A stretch of DNA of 64,000 nt from Veleropilina oligotropha (taxonomy: Eukaryota): contig JBEUKZ010000019.1 in assembly GCA_048128005.1 (NCBI GenBank), positions 124,001 through 188,000 of the forward strand, written 5' to 3'. Under the pieces are notes generated by a model. That model saw only the letters and a list, made by a program, of their open reading frames with translations. It was not told the DNA's origin and searched no databases. This document shows, piece by piece, positions 9,205 to 23,604 of the stretch. Each line of letters starts with the position of its first letter. The first letter of the stretch is position 1. A program made the translations under genes and the position numbers.

Positions 9205-11470
9205 CGAAAATGACCTTGACCTTTGACCCAGAGACTCCATTTTTGAACTTAACAAAGGCCTGATGGTATACAAGGTGCATACCCAAGATGAAAGCTGTAG
9301 GTCCAGCGGTTAATCTTCTATGTGACAGAAAGCAATCTTCGAAGTGCCAGAACGGAAATACACGAAAATGACCTTGACCTTTGACCCAGCGACCCCATCT
9401 TTGAACTTGGGCTAGGCCTGATGGTATACAAGGTGCATACCCAAGATGAAAGCTGTAGGTCCAGCGGTTCATCGTCTATGTGACAGAAAGCAATCTTCGA
9501 AGTGCCAGAACGGAAATACACGACAATGACCTTGACCTTTGACCCAGCGACCCCATCTTTGAACTTGGGCTAGGCCTGATGGTATACAAGGTGCATACCC
9601 AAGATGAAAGCTGTAGGTCCAGCGGTTCATCTTCTATGTGACAGAAAGCAATCTTCGAAGTGCCAGAACGGAAATACACGACAATGACCTTGACTTTTGA
9701 CCCAGCGACCCCATCTTTGAACTTGGGCTAGGCCTGATGGTATACAAGGTGCATACCCAAGATGAAAGTTGTAGGTCCAGCGGTTCATCTTCTATGTGAC
9801 AGAAAGCAATCTTCGAAGTGCCAGAACGGAAATACACGACAATGACCTTGACCTTTGACCCAGCGACCCCATCTTTGAACTTGGGCTAGGCCTGATGGTA
9901 TACAAGGTGCATACCCAAGATGAAAGCTGTAGGTCCAGCGGTTCATCTTCTATGTGACAGAAAGCAATCTTCGAAGTGCCAGAACGGAAATACACAAAAA
10001 TGACCTTGACCTTTGACCCAGCGACCCCATCTTTGAACTTGGGCTAGGCCTGATGGTATACAAGGTGCATACCCAAGATGAAAGCTGTAGGTCCAGCGGT
10101 TCATCTTCTATGTGACAGAAAGCAATCTTCGAAGTGCCAGAACGGAAATACACGAAAATGACCTTGACCTTTGACCCAGCGACCCCATCTTTGAACTTGG
10201 GCTAGGCCTGATGGTATACAAGGTGCATACCCAAGATGAAAGCTGTAGGTCCAGCGGTTCATCGTCTATGTGACAGAAAGCAATCTTCGAAGTGCCAGAA
10301 CGGAAATACACGAAAATGACCTTGACCTTTGACCCAGCGACCCCATCTTTGAACTTGGGCTAGGCCTGATGGTATACAAGGTGCATACCCAAGATGAAAG
10401 CTGTAGGTCCAGCGGTTCATCTTCTATGTGACAGAAAGCAATCTTCGAAGTGCCAGAACGGAAATACACGAAAATGACCTTGACCTTTGACCCAGCGACC
10501 CCATCTTTGAACTTGGGCTAGGCCTGATGGTATACAAGGTGCATACCCAAGATGAAAGCTGTATGTCCAGCGGTTCATCTTCTATGTGACAGAAAGCAAT
10601 CTTCGAAGTGCCAGAACGGAAATACACGAAAATGACCTTGACCTTTGACCCAGCGACCCCATCTTTGAACTTGGGCTAGGCCTGATGGTATACAAGGTGC
10701 ATACCCAAGATGAAAGCTGTAGGTCCAGCGGTTCATCTTCTATGTGACAGAAAGCAATCTTCGAAGTGCCAGAACGGAAATACACGAAAATGACCTTGAC
10801 CTTTGACCCAGCGACCACATCTTTAGGCCTGATGGTATACAAGGTGCATACCCAAGATGAAAGCTGTAGGTCCAGCGGTTCATCTTCTATGTGACAGAAA
10901 GCAATCTTCGAAGTGCCAGAACGGAAATACACGACAATGACCTTGACCTTTGACCCAGCGACCCCATCTTTGAACTTGGGCTAGGCCTGATGGTATACAA
11001 GGTGCATACCCAAGATGAAAGCTGTAGGTCCAGCGGTTCATCTTCTATGTGACAGAAAGCAATCTTCGAAGTGCCAGAACGGAAATACACAAAAATGACC
11101 TTGACCTTTGACCCAGCGACCCCATCTTTGAACTTGGGCTAGGCCTTATGGTATACAAGGTGCATACCCAAGATGAAAGCTGTAGGTCCAGCGGTTCATC
11201 TTCTATGTGACAGAAAGCAATCTTCGAAGTGCCAGAACGGAAATACACGAAAATGACCTTGACCTTTGACCCAGCGACCCCATCTTTGAACTTGGGCTAG
11301 GCCTGATGGTATACAAGGTGCATACCCAAGATGAAGGCTGTAGGTCCAGCGGTTCATCTTCTATGTGACAGAAAGCAATCTTCGAAGTGCCAGAACGGAA
11401 ATAAAAGAAAATGACCTTGACCTTTGACCCAGCGACCCCATCTTTGAACTTGGGCTAGGCCTGATGGTAT
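9205..11470. repeat. 158-bp tandem satellite, ~14 near-identical units containing TGACCTTGACCTTTGACC
   Basis: Period of 158 is visible directly and in the repeated 67-aa spurious ORFs; one unit has an 11-bp deletion (about 10820). Confidence 0.95.
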
Positions 11471-11478
11471 ATATAGAG

Positions 11479-11624
11479 AATACTACACTGATTCTCGACA
11501 CGTACCGTTTGTATCTCACGAGTGCACGTATCCAGGTATCTTACCGAGCGAAAGCGAGGTAAGATACCTGGATACGTGCACGAGTGAGATACAAACGGTA
11601 CGTGTCGAGAATCAGTGTAGTATT
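11479..11624. repeat. Long near-perfect palindrome (~67-bp arms, GAGCGAAAGCGA loop); probable terminus of an element inserted into the satellite
   Basis: aatactacactgattctcgacacgtaccgtttgtatctcac...gtatcttacc followed by its reverse complement; partial arm repeated at about 11934-11957. Confidence 0.85.
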
Positions 11625-13099
11625 TTATTTATTACCCATGCATTTATTGCGTTATATATGCATTTTATTTGCTTTTATCGATCCATATTCGAGATTTCAA
11701 ATTGTTTAGCCGCGGATGAATTTTATTCCTGATTACTGTAAATAGCCTCTTTACTCTATAGCCACACGCTATAACAAATAGATCGTATTAAAAGTTCATT
11801 CTAATTTATTTTAATGAAACTAAGAAACAAGATAACATCAGGCAACAATAAGAACTGTTTAATATACGATAGTTTTACTGAATATTACTCATCTCATTAA
11901 TATATTTACGTTATTCTAAAAATAAGTCCGTTGACCTGGATACGTGCACGAGTGAGAACACGCGGCGAAATATTAATTTGCATATGCCTCGTGCATGGAT
12001 TGTTGCCAAGTTTGCACTCAGGGAAGAATTTCGTTGTCACCGTCAACATCTGGTCTCGGGCGTTTTGGTGTCGACGGCCCACTGACGATGTTTATATTAA
12101 TCGTGCCGCCGTATATTGGTGCCGAGAATATGGAACTCAGGAAATCACACCGACTCGACCGCGAATTCGAAATGGTATTAATATTAACAGATTGGGGAAC
12201 CACGTCTACACAACGAGAATCGTGCGACCCGGAACTACCGGTACTGATGATGTCGCTGAGCTGACGATGTTGTAATGTGGAGATGCTACTATAATTATTG
12301 AGGGATGTTCGATTCCGGGGAAGGTGCAGATTGGATTTGCGAGGAAACAGTTTCCGGAATAACGGCAAGTCTATAGCGTGCAACTTGTTTAATTTTACCA
12401 TCGAATGTCTTCACATTATACATATTGAACGTTCCTCCCGGTTGAACAATGGACATTACGCGTCCCGTCACTTGCCCGTCAATTTTCACGCATTCATTCA
12501 CACGAATCGATTTAGGTGCATCCATATTGAAACAACGGTCCGAAACAACACGAAGCAGACGACACTCTTTGATGTAAAGTATTTTATAATTATATTTATC
12601 ATGTTTTTATTTATAATTACACTTTCTGCAGTTTTAAACCTGTACTTGTATAAACGTTCGTGTTAGCTGTATTACATTTAATTTTATTAATTGTTAATAA
12701 TCCGCCACATTTCCGATCGTTGTTTTTCTTCCATTCAAGCCACAATAGTGAAAGTTGTAGATTTCTTCGTTTTGTTTATCAATGAAAATGTAGTCCCTGA
12801 CCTTTGAGGTCAACTTGTTATGCACCATGTGGTGCGTACGAGATAAATACGACATGGCTATATCTGCGTCACGTGGGTAATAAAAGATGTATACCAAATA
12901 TGAAAGGAGTAAGTCTAGCGGTTCATCTTCTATGTGACAGAAAGCATCAGGCGACGGACGACGGACGGACGACGGACGCCAGTACACGGCTATAGCCCTG
13001 CCTTTAGAAGGCGGGCCAAAAATTAAAAAATTTCGTCAAGTATGTTGGTCTGCTTCGTCTGTGTGTTTGTTTGTTTGTCTGTAAGCAGTCTAGCAGTCA

Positions 13100-13745
13100 C
13101 AATTTTCGACGTATCGATTTGTAATTTGATCAAAAGATGTACATTTGTATCAGGTCGAGTTGATTAGTATTTGGTGATTTTCCAGACGTTAATTAACAAG
13201 ATATTACGTCATTTGTTGTACTCGTTTTTTTGTCTCTATCACAAAAACTATTTGTCGTAGAGACTTCCGATTGCCGCCATCTTGTTCCCTAATGAAATTC
13301 GCGTCGGATGGTATGCGTCTCTATCATAAGCGTTTCGTCGATGTTGCGTTATGACGTAATGAACATATTTGGAAGGAAATTGGAGAAAATGGGATAACTC
13401 TTGTCACCTTATGATTAGAACTGGTCAGGTTTTCGACGTATCGGTTTGTAATATTACCAAACGGCATAAATTTGTAACAGGCTTAGTTGATTAGTTTTTT
13501 GCGATTTCCCAGACGTTAATTAACAAGATATTACGTCATTTCCTTAAATAGTTTTTTGTCTCTAGTGCAAATACTATTTGTTGCAGAGACTTCCGGTTGC
13601 CGCCATCTTGTTCCCAAAATAAATCTGCATCGGATGGTATGCATCTTTATTATAAGTGTATCGTAAATGTTTCATTATGACGTAATGATCATCCTTGGAA
13701 GCAAATTGGGGAAAGTGGGATAACTCTTGTTCATGAATAAACTGG
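13100..13745. repeat. Two diverged tandem copies of a ~325-bp unit
   Basis: ttttcgacgtatcg, ccagacgttaattaacaagatattacgtcattt and gagacttcc.ttgccgccatcttgttccc each occur twice. Confidence 0.8.
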
Positions 13746-14544
13746 TAAGTTTTCATTGTGAATTTCTGGAAGCAGTGTTGATTGCGAAGCAACATGCCTT
13801 ATCTATTATTTCACATGCTGCGAGCCGTCAGTTGCCATGTTTTTGCTATCTTGACCAGGAGACCCGAGACTAGTTGACAGATTATTTACGAGTTAATGGG
13901 CTTAGTGAAAATGGCATGGGATATATTACACCAGACTGCAGTGCTAAACAGAGTCAGTAAGGCCCCTACACGTATACAAGTAATGACAATGACAACGTGG
14001 TGCTAAACAGAGTAGGCCCCTACACGTATACTAATAATTGGAATGTCGATGTAATAATATCTTTTATTGTGTAATGATTTGAATATTGAAAACATCCAAT
14101 TGATGCATTGATAAAATGTTTTATTGTGTTGTATGTCAAATTTTGTCAAGTATAGCTCTCAGAGCGATCTTGTTAATATGTTTGTTTGTTTTGTTTCGCT
14201 AGACACAGAGGATACAGAGTGTACAGAGGTTACAGGTCTTAAGCTGACCTCGGTACCACACGAGTAGAATCACGCCACCAAATATAGCGTTGTTGTCTGA
14301 AGAATTAACAAGACGTCTCCTGATGATGCTGTTTTAAATATAAACATTCATACATGTGAACAAAGCAGCAATTCCATTCCCAACGTTTACAAGTGAACAA
14401 AGCAGCAATTCCATTCGCAAATTTTACAAACACTTGTTCAAACCTCAGATACAATGACTTGCTGAAATATGGATTAAGAAACGCTACCTATTAAGACAAC
14501 ATGTTTTTATCACATATCTAGGTCATATTCCCATAGTGCAACAC

Positions 14545-14760
14545 TACATTCAATAGTAGATGACATTGTCAATTTGAAATGGACATATAAAGCATATAAA
14601 AAGTTGTATAAAGAGCAAAATTTTCTAAATCCAAAATGGTTATTTATATGCAAAATTTCAATTAAATTGCTTTAAATATTTCTACTCTAGGGTTAGATGA
14701 CAATTAAATAATGATATATGACAAAGAAAGATGCCAAAGTATGCCTATTATCGCGCTGTA
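14545..14760. repeat. Dispersed repeat; inverted copy at about 55710-55926
   Basis: cattcaatagtagatgacattgtca...gaaatggacatataaagcatataaaaagttgtat matches the reverse complement near 55860-55925. Confidence 0.75.
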
Positions 14761-14844
14761 TCCATATATATGCTCGCAGACGCCGTCACAATTTATTATC
14801 ATTGGGTTTTATCGACCTGTTCTGATCATGGATCAATCTCCGCT

Positions 14845-15040
14845 CTCTTTGAGCGTATTAGTCAAGCTGCCACTAGCGAGCGCTACGACTTAACACGCCA
14901 ACCAGGTACCCACTTAAGTCGGCTGGATGAACCGAGGCATATATATGCTTATTCCTTACCCACGGGAATGCACCGCGACGGGTATTGAACCTGAAACCTC
15001 TCGGTGAGAGGTACATGCTCTACCACTGAGCCACGGTGGC
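14845..15040 (-). mobile_element. tRNA-derived SINE
   Basis: Minus strand begins GCCACCGTGGCTCAGTGGTAGAGC (A box), then GGTTCAATACCC (B box), followed by a non-tRNA body. Confidence 0.65.
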
Positions 15041-16122
15041 ATGGTAAAATTTGAATTACATTATTTTTTATATTATTTATTTATGGTCAGATAACAATGA
15101 AATACTGATATCTAACATATAGTAATGCTAAAACATGCATATTGTTGCTTATATAGCATGATAGAGAAACTTTAACCTTTAGTCCAAAAGCAGCATTTTA
15201 TGGTAAAAATCGAAGGCAATTACCTTCAATATTATTTATTTAGTGCGAGGTAACAATGAAATAGTGATATCTAGCATATAGAAATATTAAAACATGCATA
15301 TTGTTGCTTATATAGCATGATTTGAAAAACTTTAACAGGAGAACCAATTGTTGATGCCGGACGGACGAACGGCCAGACGATAATATATGCTCATTACATA
15401 GACTCGCATGACAAATTACTTATTTATGGTAGTCTAAGTACATTCAAAAGATATGATATATACAATACTCAAAAATAAACAATCCAGATTTAAATTATCA
15501 TGTCGACAGTGAGTTCTCTTCTCTACACATACAATATTATATACATTTTATACACACATTACACTGTGGTTGTAGTGGCAGCCAAGTGATAAATACATAC
15601 TATATATGGTACTACATGTAATTAAAAAACAATATAAATAGTACAAATAGTAGTAACAATTAAAGGTAAAATGCTAATTGGTCATAAAGTTATGCACTGA
15701 TAGCATTGCATGATGAAACAAGATAATCGTTTTATAATTGTTATTTTTTGTTTTCAATTAAAATTTATACACAAAATAACACATCAATTATAAAGTAACC
15801 ACCGCTCATATATAAAATTAGATAATGTAATGTTATACCAGAAGCCTTTTAAAGATAAGCATAACAATGTTACGATTATTACCAGAAAGTAATTCACAAC
15901 TATATTTATAATAACAATAATCTTTTTAAAAATGTGTATATTGAATTAATGTCATGATTGACTAGATAGATTGAAAATATTGATAATTTACATATTTACT
16001 TAAAATAACACGATATATAAATTTAACCCTATGAACCAGAGGCACTGCTATTGCGGTAATTTCCATATGTTACGATATGATTTACTGGGACCCAGGGTTC
16101 AAGGGGTGAACGATTCCTAAAC

Positions 16123-19100
16123 TCATAACTTGCTTTTGCCAGGCAGTAGATGTGTTCTAAAATGCTGGAGTGTTCTTTTCCAGCTGTCTTCTTGAGCAAT
16201 GGAGTGTTTCAGTGGCCGTCCACCAAAAACAAGAGTTTTCCCAACCCATGGAGCATTCCCTCCTGAAAATGTTAAAATTACGTATGTCTGTGTATTATAA
16301 CATAAATAAATTGTATCAAATTATATACATGTAAACGGAAATTAATTGATTGCATGACATTTAAAAATATTTCGGTTGCATAATAATATTGTAGTCTGAA
16401 TATCGATCCATTTAAAATCTCTATTCGAATGATGAGTAATGGTTTTCTAAACCATGTCTTTTTTAAGGTCAATTGACAGATATTTTTTTACAAAGTGTGC
16501 GCGCATATATTATATAATTTTATTTCATAAGTATTGCGTCATTTTTTCAATAGAAATATTAGGCTAAACATAGTTTAATGTCTCAAGTAGAGGCAATATC
16601 CACGAATGCCTTGCATATGATATCCATTACAGAGGTGCGTGACGTTGAAAATAGGTCAAGCTCTAAAGTGTTTTCTAAGGATCGTATAATGACCTATATC
16701 TGGAAGCTTTAGTCGCGGCGCATAAAAATGGACATTTTGGATACAGTACCATGTTTGACCATAATATGTAATATCTAATCCTCTCGCCTGTTGATGATTA
16801 TATTTTTGGTATAACTTCAGCTACCAGGACTCTTCTTAAACTGGTACAGCTGTTGTTTAAATGATTTGGCCATATATAGATCTATATGTCCATATATAGA
16901 TCTATATGTCCATATATAGATCTATATGTTCATATATAGATCTATATATATATCTGAAACTTCATGATATTTATATTCACTAAAATGGGCATATGTTAGC
17001 ATTGTCACCATTTTCAAGTCAAACATTTATCCTAAAAGGCTTGGCAGCCCTGGACTGGTAGAGTGCATATAGGAGTGACAATTAATTTGCTTGCTTATTA
17101 TATTTAACACGAGTCGGTTTCAATCTCCGGCTGTGCACAACATTCAGTTAATAGTCACTGTTGTCCACAACTGTCCGTCCAGTTATGGTGGGTTTTTCTG
17201 GAGTTCATCTCGCGTTAATATGGACATGCATGAATCTGAAGGTTGATAAAATAGGACATTAAGCATCGCTCCAAACCAAATAAAACTGTAACGTCTGTAT
17301 TCACAAAGCTCTCTCAACCTAGACGCACACTCCAATGAGGTGGACTCGAGGAGGGTTGGAGGATGAGTGAAAGGTCGACCTCGTCATCAATGAGGTCTTC
17401 CTAACAGTCTCAACCATTTTGTGCATTTGTTATTCACAGACGTTACTTTAGTTTGATTTGGCCTAAGTCAACCTCGATTTGTATCGCATAATTGAGAGCA
17501 ATTGTTCATGTTGATCCGTGATTGTTGTGCATAACTGGAGTTCGCAAGGTGTTCGTTTAGCTACGTTATGTGTCATTGTTAGCAGGCAATAATTTTCAGA
17601 ATTAGAAAAATCTGTTTTGACCGAATTAGTCAATCAACATAATGATATTTTGGAGAGCAAGAAAAATGATTTTAGAATAATAGATGTATTAAAATGAATC
17701 CAATTTGTGGAACGTTTAAACGAATAAATTCAACAGTCAAAAACGGGAAACAAAGCAGCTGAAAAAATTATCCCTCACAAGAAGATGATAGTGCGCATGC
17801 TGCTGCCGCAATGTCATTTTGACATGTGTGCTATCAATTGTCCCTACTAGACCATGAATTCCACCAAGTTAGTCTCTAAAACTGTTGCTTTTTAGGCAAA
17901 ATTAACTTCCTGTTTATCTGAAAAATGGATGACCATGTTCTCCAAATTCGCTATGGAATGCGAAACACATTTTATTTTCCTACTGGAATATGGATGTGAT
18001 ATGCAATATAAATCGGAACAAGCCAGTTGAAATGATCCTGTGGCATAATCTTAATGTGACCAAAAAGTTGTATATCCTGAGACATGAGCTTACCACGGCG
18101 ATTCGAAATTTGGTAGCAAAAATCCCAAAATTTCTTCAAAGGTCTCCTTGCTTACCTATAGGTCTGCCGAAACTCATCGTCATCGTACTGATTGTAGTCA
18201 AAATCATTCAGTTTAATATTGCCATATTCTTGTCTTTCTACATTTGCAGAATTTTCCATTCTATTTATCCATCTTAATGCTATGTTTGCTGCGTGAACAA
18301 TGAAGTGAGTGAAGCTCGAGGCAGGAGTGCCCGTTCCTCAAGCTTTCCTCAAAATTATCTACTCGCGTGAGGTTGAGGAAGGTGTATGAATTGTAAACAG
18401 GCTGAAATCGACCTTATCCTCTTTGAGGTTGATCTTATACTCATTGAGTATAAGGTCAACCTCACTGAAGAAGAGGTCAACCTTAATTAGTGCGAGTCGA
18501 GGAAGGTTTATGAATACAGGTGTAAGCATCTTTTCATTAATCGATCTCGTCATATGGACATCTTTGAAGTTCTTTATAACTCACGCTTGGGATTTGTGTT
18601 TTCGTAGAACAAAGGCGCGTACGGTGGATCGATCAGATGACCTGCACCGGGATAGCACACAAGCTCTACATTCCTCTTCTTATCATCAGGTAAACTTTCA
18701 TAAAAATAGCGGTGGCTCTCAGGATCAATAGCCTTGTCATCTAAGCTAACGAAGACGAGAAACTTAGCATTGGTTTCTTGAATCTGAAAATACGCAAGAA
18801 AACGAAATGCTCAAATTTGTTAATATAAATATGCAAGAAATGAGGAAAAATGTGGCTACAAAAGTCGCAAACTGCAGAGTGAATTTATAATAGAATGAAA
18901 ATATCGTACTCTCTAACAAATTGTTGGTCAAACTCAGAGAGAACGCATCAGCGAACACCTACCCTATGCGAGACGACAAAGATAAACTCACAGGTATCCA
19001 TCTAGATTTATCCGCGCAAAACGTAATTCGATCAGAGACTAAATTTAGACATTATTGAACACATCAAAGGGTACCCAAGTTACCCATTGAATATTCTTAA

Positions 19101-22100
19101 ACACGTAGGTCTAAACTGTCTTGAGCTAGCAGGGAACTATTATCCATTCTTATACCTGGAAAAAGTCTTCACTTGTATATGCAAACTTGTCATGCAGAGC
19201 TATTGGCTGCTGTTCCTGTTCCTTCGTCAGCCGATGACTAAAATATACAGAACAAATGAATAGATAAGGTGGATAATAAAAAGTAATATTGTACGCAAAA
19301 CTGATTTAATTGAAAATAGCAATGTGATTGAAATTTAATCTGAGAGAAACCCCAAAGTTCAAACATAAATTAAAATCGTTTTGTACAATGATGTCTTGTA
19401 AATCTAACGTTGATCCCACAAAGAAAGTCATGTCTTCTAAAATCAGTATCGTTAGTGAGTAGACTAGAATTTACATGCACCTTTCAAATGCACCATTGAG
19501 ATATGGTGACCGTCTTGCATTAGTAATGCGGCATTACACGTGTCTGAGTATCGCACTGACAATGGATCCTCTCTCAACACTTACACAACGCCTTTAAATA
19601 GCACCTCCTTTCCTCTATATATATCAAACGACGTGAGAAAGGGGGCTCCATTCACGTTAACGACAGCTCTGACCTGACAATGAATATATAGAAAAAAGTA
19701 AATTTAACAGCTTATATATTGCATATTATTCACTTATAATCAAACAATTCCCTGCATATCACACAGGAACAGGATATATTGAAACAAGATGATTCAGGAT
19801 AATTTTCAATAATTTAAAAATCATCTTTCCTTGTTCAAACATCACTTAGCATACCACTAAACACATGTCTCTACTGCAACTGAATTGCAAAAGATCACCC
19901 AAACTAGTTGATTTATATCTCCATTCACAAACAAAAAGAACTCCGACCTTTTTAGCAGATGACGTACAGTTTATCAAGTCAACTGATCAAACTCTACATG
20001 TACATGCCTGTGGACAACTTTCTGCCATCAGATACGATATTTCTCCGCCTTTAGATGCTCCAATGACGCCAATTCCGGGAAGAGCCAAAGGATGCTGGGA
20101 TAGGTATCGCACTGCTTCCTTCATCCACCAGAGAAAATACAAGACGAAGGTTATAATTAATATCAATAAAATATATTTCTCTGAATGAGTTTTATCGAAC
20201 AATTTCCAATATTGGAATAATTTACCTCGAAATAGGAAATGTCCAAGTCTTCATATGTTAATGGAAGGTCGTCGTAGATAAAATATGGAAGGCAGTAAAC
20301 AAGAAATCCCCGGGCGGCCAGAAGACCTCCTCTGAACTGGTTGAGGCCTCCAATCCCGCCAAACATGTCGACAATGGCCGGAAACGGGCCGGTCCCTGGA
20401 CAGAGAAATTTGTTATTATATTATGGTAACAGTGTGGACGGTCCACATCATGAGCATTGCAATCATTTATCTATGGACTTTTATCCTTTCGCTTTGATTG
20501 GGTTGTATTGATGCTTAGTCATGTATATTTACAACCTTCAAAGCAGGACATGTCCGTATTATTGCGGGTGGAAAGCCCAGCTGCCTCTCCTGCCAGTTAC
20601 AGACAGCTGCATTAGCGCAATCGAGCCAGTGATTTCAGAGTCGGTACTCCGACCACATGACTACCAGGGCAGTCTTTTCGCTTTGACATTATCAATAAAC
20701 ATCAAACCAATGAACACAATCGCATACTCTCTCATTAAATTCACATTTAAAATTTATATAGGATTATTTTACTGATATTACAATAGCAACAGGGTTACTA
20801 AATGCATTACAAAAATGTTTATATCATTCAAATAGCAGAAGTTACAAAATGTAATCTACTTGAACAATTTTAAATCTTCTTTGGCAGCCATCTTATTTAT
20901 TGTAGATTCTAGATATTGCACCATGCCATCATTGTCCCGAGAGATCAAGAAAAGGTTTAGCCTAATTTTGTATAACCAATAGTTTTAATGCTAGAGCCGA
21001 ATATCTGTCAACCGGAATTACGTCATAATAACCGGAAAATGGATCCGAGAAGGACGGAGTCAAGGGTTCATCCATCTTGTGTAAAACATTCAAGTGAATC
21101 CGATCGGTAGTTTTTAGCTCCGCTGTGACGTAGTCAGCGGAGCTTTACTGATATCACTTTGTTCAGGGTACGTCCGTGCGTCCGTCGTCAACTTTTGACT
21201 TGAAATGTGAATGTCTTCAAAACTGTCTGATACCTATTTTTCTACTTTGGCATGAGCCTTCCTTATGATGTATTTAACTTATCCTGTGAATATTAGAAAA
21301 ATGTATGTCCCAGTTTTGATGAATTTCGGAATTTGAACTTCGTCAGGGCAGCTAGCCTGCATATTGGTATGCTCACATGGGGAAGTACTGCCCAAATTTC
21401 TAAAGTTGTTTAACCATATTCATGCATCCCTTTTCTGCGGAGCTACATAGGTCGAAAAGCGATATTGTTGAAACAAACAAATATTCATATATACAAACAT
21501 GTGGAGCCCATTTCAATATTCTTGCACCTTCCTGTGGATGCGAGAGTAATAGGTATCACTGAACCTTTTTACACCAGAATCAAATTTATTAAAAATTGAT
21601 GGACGAAAAAGCATCAGAATCATTATTGTCTACCTTTAGGTATCATCAGCATCCCCCGGAGTCGTCCCTCTCTGATGGGGGTGGGTGTCACATCCGCTGT
21701 TAGGTACCATCTGTCTACCTTCCCACTTGCGAGAACTAGCTCCGGATTAGGGCTGATTATCTGCTCCCATCCAACATGGCCGTCGTGCACTCGGAAATCA
21801 ATGGTCTGAGAGCCAAATACGCGTAATGAAATACTGCATATCAAATCACACTGCGGCTAAATAATGTAGTTTTAGGGGGCAACAATTACATGTATTTGAG
21901 ATTTGAATTTTTTTTAAAATAAAAATATTAAACGTCAAAAACTTCCAAAACTGTTAATTATAGACCAACCTATGACATTGAATTTTCGCGAGTACAAATA
22001 ATAATAAACACTGACTACGTACGTCAAAACAATAGCATAGAAAAATATGATACCTGTGGCGTAGTAACGTCTTTCTTGATTAGTCTGTACTTTTCTTTAT

Positions 22101-23604
22101 ATCCAGGTTCATTTATCATACTCCAGACGAGCCCCATCTGATGTACACCTGGAACACGCATCAACCATTTTATATAAATCAATTCCCAATGTGAAATAGT
22201 ACATATTACTTTAGTTAATATAGAATCAGATTTAAACAAGCGAATCCTCTACCCAGCAATTCGAGGGGGTGTATCCTCTACCACGGCAGCACAAATCGAT
22301 AGGTGTCGTGTCCTCATCATACCAAACGTGTATAGCATAGGAAATCTTGTCAAAGAAAATGACCGCCAATCAATCTTGAATCCGAAGTTTGACGAAAATC
22401 GTTAGGCGGTGTGTCCTCATCATAACTAATGCACATACCAAATTTGAATCAAATCGCATTAAGAAATCTCTGCGCCGGACGTGGCTGCAGCTGAACGATG
22501 ACTAAACCATACTATCCTTAGCGGCAGGATTGTAACAGTTGAATATGTTTGTTAATATGACTGCAGGACATGAAAAACAATTATGTAAAGGCTTCGCTCC
22601 ATCAATATATGTATATATATACTGGCGATCATGCAGTGGGTGAGGTCACTCATATGTGTATGATCACTCGATCGCTATGGATGACAGAGTGTACAACAAT
22701 CTTAAGAATACAATTGTGTTTACCCCATATCATAATCATAATGATATTCCAATACCATTCCATTTCCCTAGGCATTAATCGACTTCATGTCAGTTGTCCA
22801 TAACCGGGTGGTGAGGTGGGTTTTGCTGAGCGACCAGGCTTTCATGCCCCCCCCCCCCCCTCCATTATATGGACATATCATGATATAACTTAGTGAACAT
22901 AATCTTTTTATGTTTGTTTTAATTTAAATCGATGCTAGTGTCCAATTTAATACCCTTCAGAGTCATTCCATGATATGTCCTTATTGTCATGGGATGAAAG
23001 AACGTTCACCCATAACAAAATCACCAGCATGCACTAGCCAGTTATGGACCTCGTTGACTGTTGACTTCACAAAGTTTGGTTTTCATATTAAGTAAACTTT
23101 CACTTGGGAGCCTACCTAACATTACAGTCTAAAATAACTAATTATTTTACTATAAATCCAGTGAAAGGCGTCAGTTATACAAAACCTCCTTGTCCCAGCA
23201 TCACTGTATCACTTGTAATGTGATTTCTGGCATCAAAGTGAGATCAGTCATGCAACTGAAAAGACTTCAGAATTAGGCTCTTTGATTTTTAAAGAATTGT
23301 CATACCTGGATGAAATCTCAACTACGATATATCTTTGTCAAATTCACCCCAAAATAAATGATTCTATCGTACCTGTGTATGTTCCGTTCACTGACTCGTG
23401 CCTTGAGACGTCAATAGTTCCGTCATCTCCAGTCACAAAATGCGCGAATGACGAATACCGACACCGTCTCTCCAGAATGGAGGCATCAATGGTGACCTTC
23501 TGCTGTTTCTTTAGACCGGAGACTTTAACCAGGAACTTTTCATCCACAAGGACTCGAGAAGGCTCCACGGATACGGAGACCGACCGGATGAAAGCGAAGT
23601 GAGC
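16123..23604 (-). CDS. Host acyl-CoA thioesterase / bile acid-CoA:amino acid N-acyltransferase (ACOT/BAAT family), multi-exon, C-terminal PTS1 (SKL); start exon not identified
   Basis: Phase-consistent exons: ~23604-23373, 22148-22054, 21805-21634, 20395-20226, 20118-20008, 19673-19585, 19237-19156, 18783-18585, 16262-16123. Motifs GPFPAIVDMFGG, GASKGG (nucleophile), LDD, YPGAGHLIDPPY, AQEDSW, ending GKSKL*. Confidence 0.9.
16870..16950. repeat. 20-bp tandem repeat with palindromic core (CATATATAGATCTATATGTC) x4
   Basis: Directly visible. Confidence 0.85.
17295..18520. mobile_element. MITE-like element in the last ACOT intron (Harbinger-type ends, tentative)
   Basis: CTGTATTCACAAA at the left and TTTATGAATACAG at the right; repeated AAGGTCGACCT/AGGTCAACCT motifs near both ends. 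Confidence 0.45.

Larger units (their letters stand above)
9113..13020. mobile_element. Helentron-associated non-autonomous element (HINE-like) with amplified internal satellite, interrupted by another insertion
   Basis: Subterminal GGCCCGCCTT (about 9135) has an inverted copy AAGGCGGGCC within a terminal stem-loop (about 12995-13017). (GACG)n microsatellite at about 12952-12978. The satellite unit resumes at about 12890-12946. Confidence 0.6.

Noticed and set aside
9318..11248. Repeated 67-aa ORFs (MYFRSGTSK...)
   Set aside because: Artefacts of the 158-bp satellite period, with non-ATG starts.
14965..15040. tRNA gene
   Set aside because: A and B boxes are present, but there is no complete cloverleaf and it continues into a SINE-like body.
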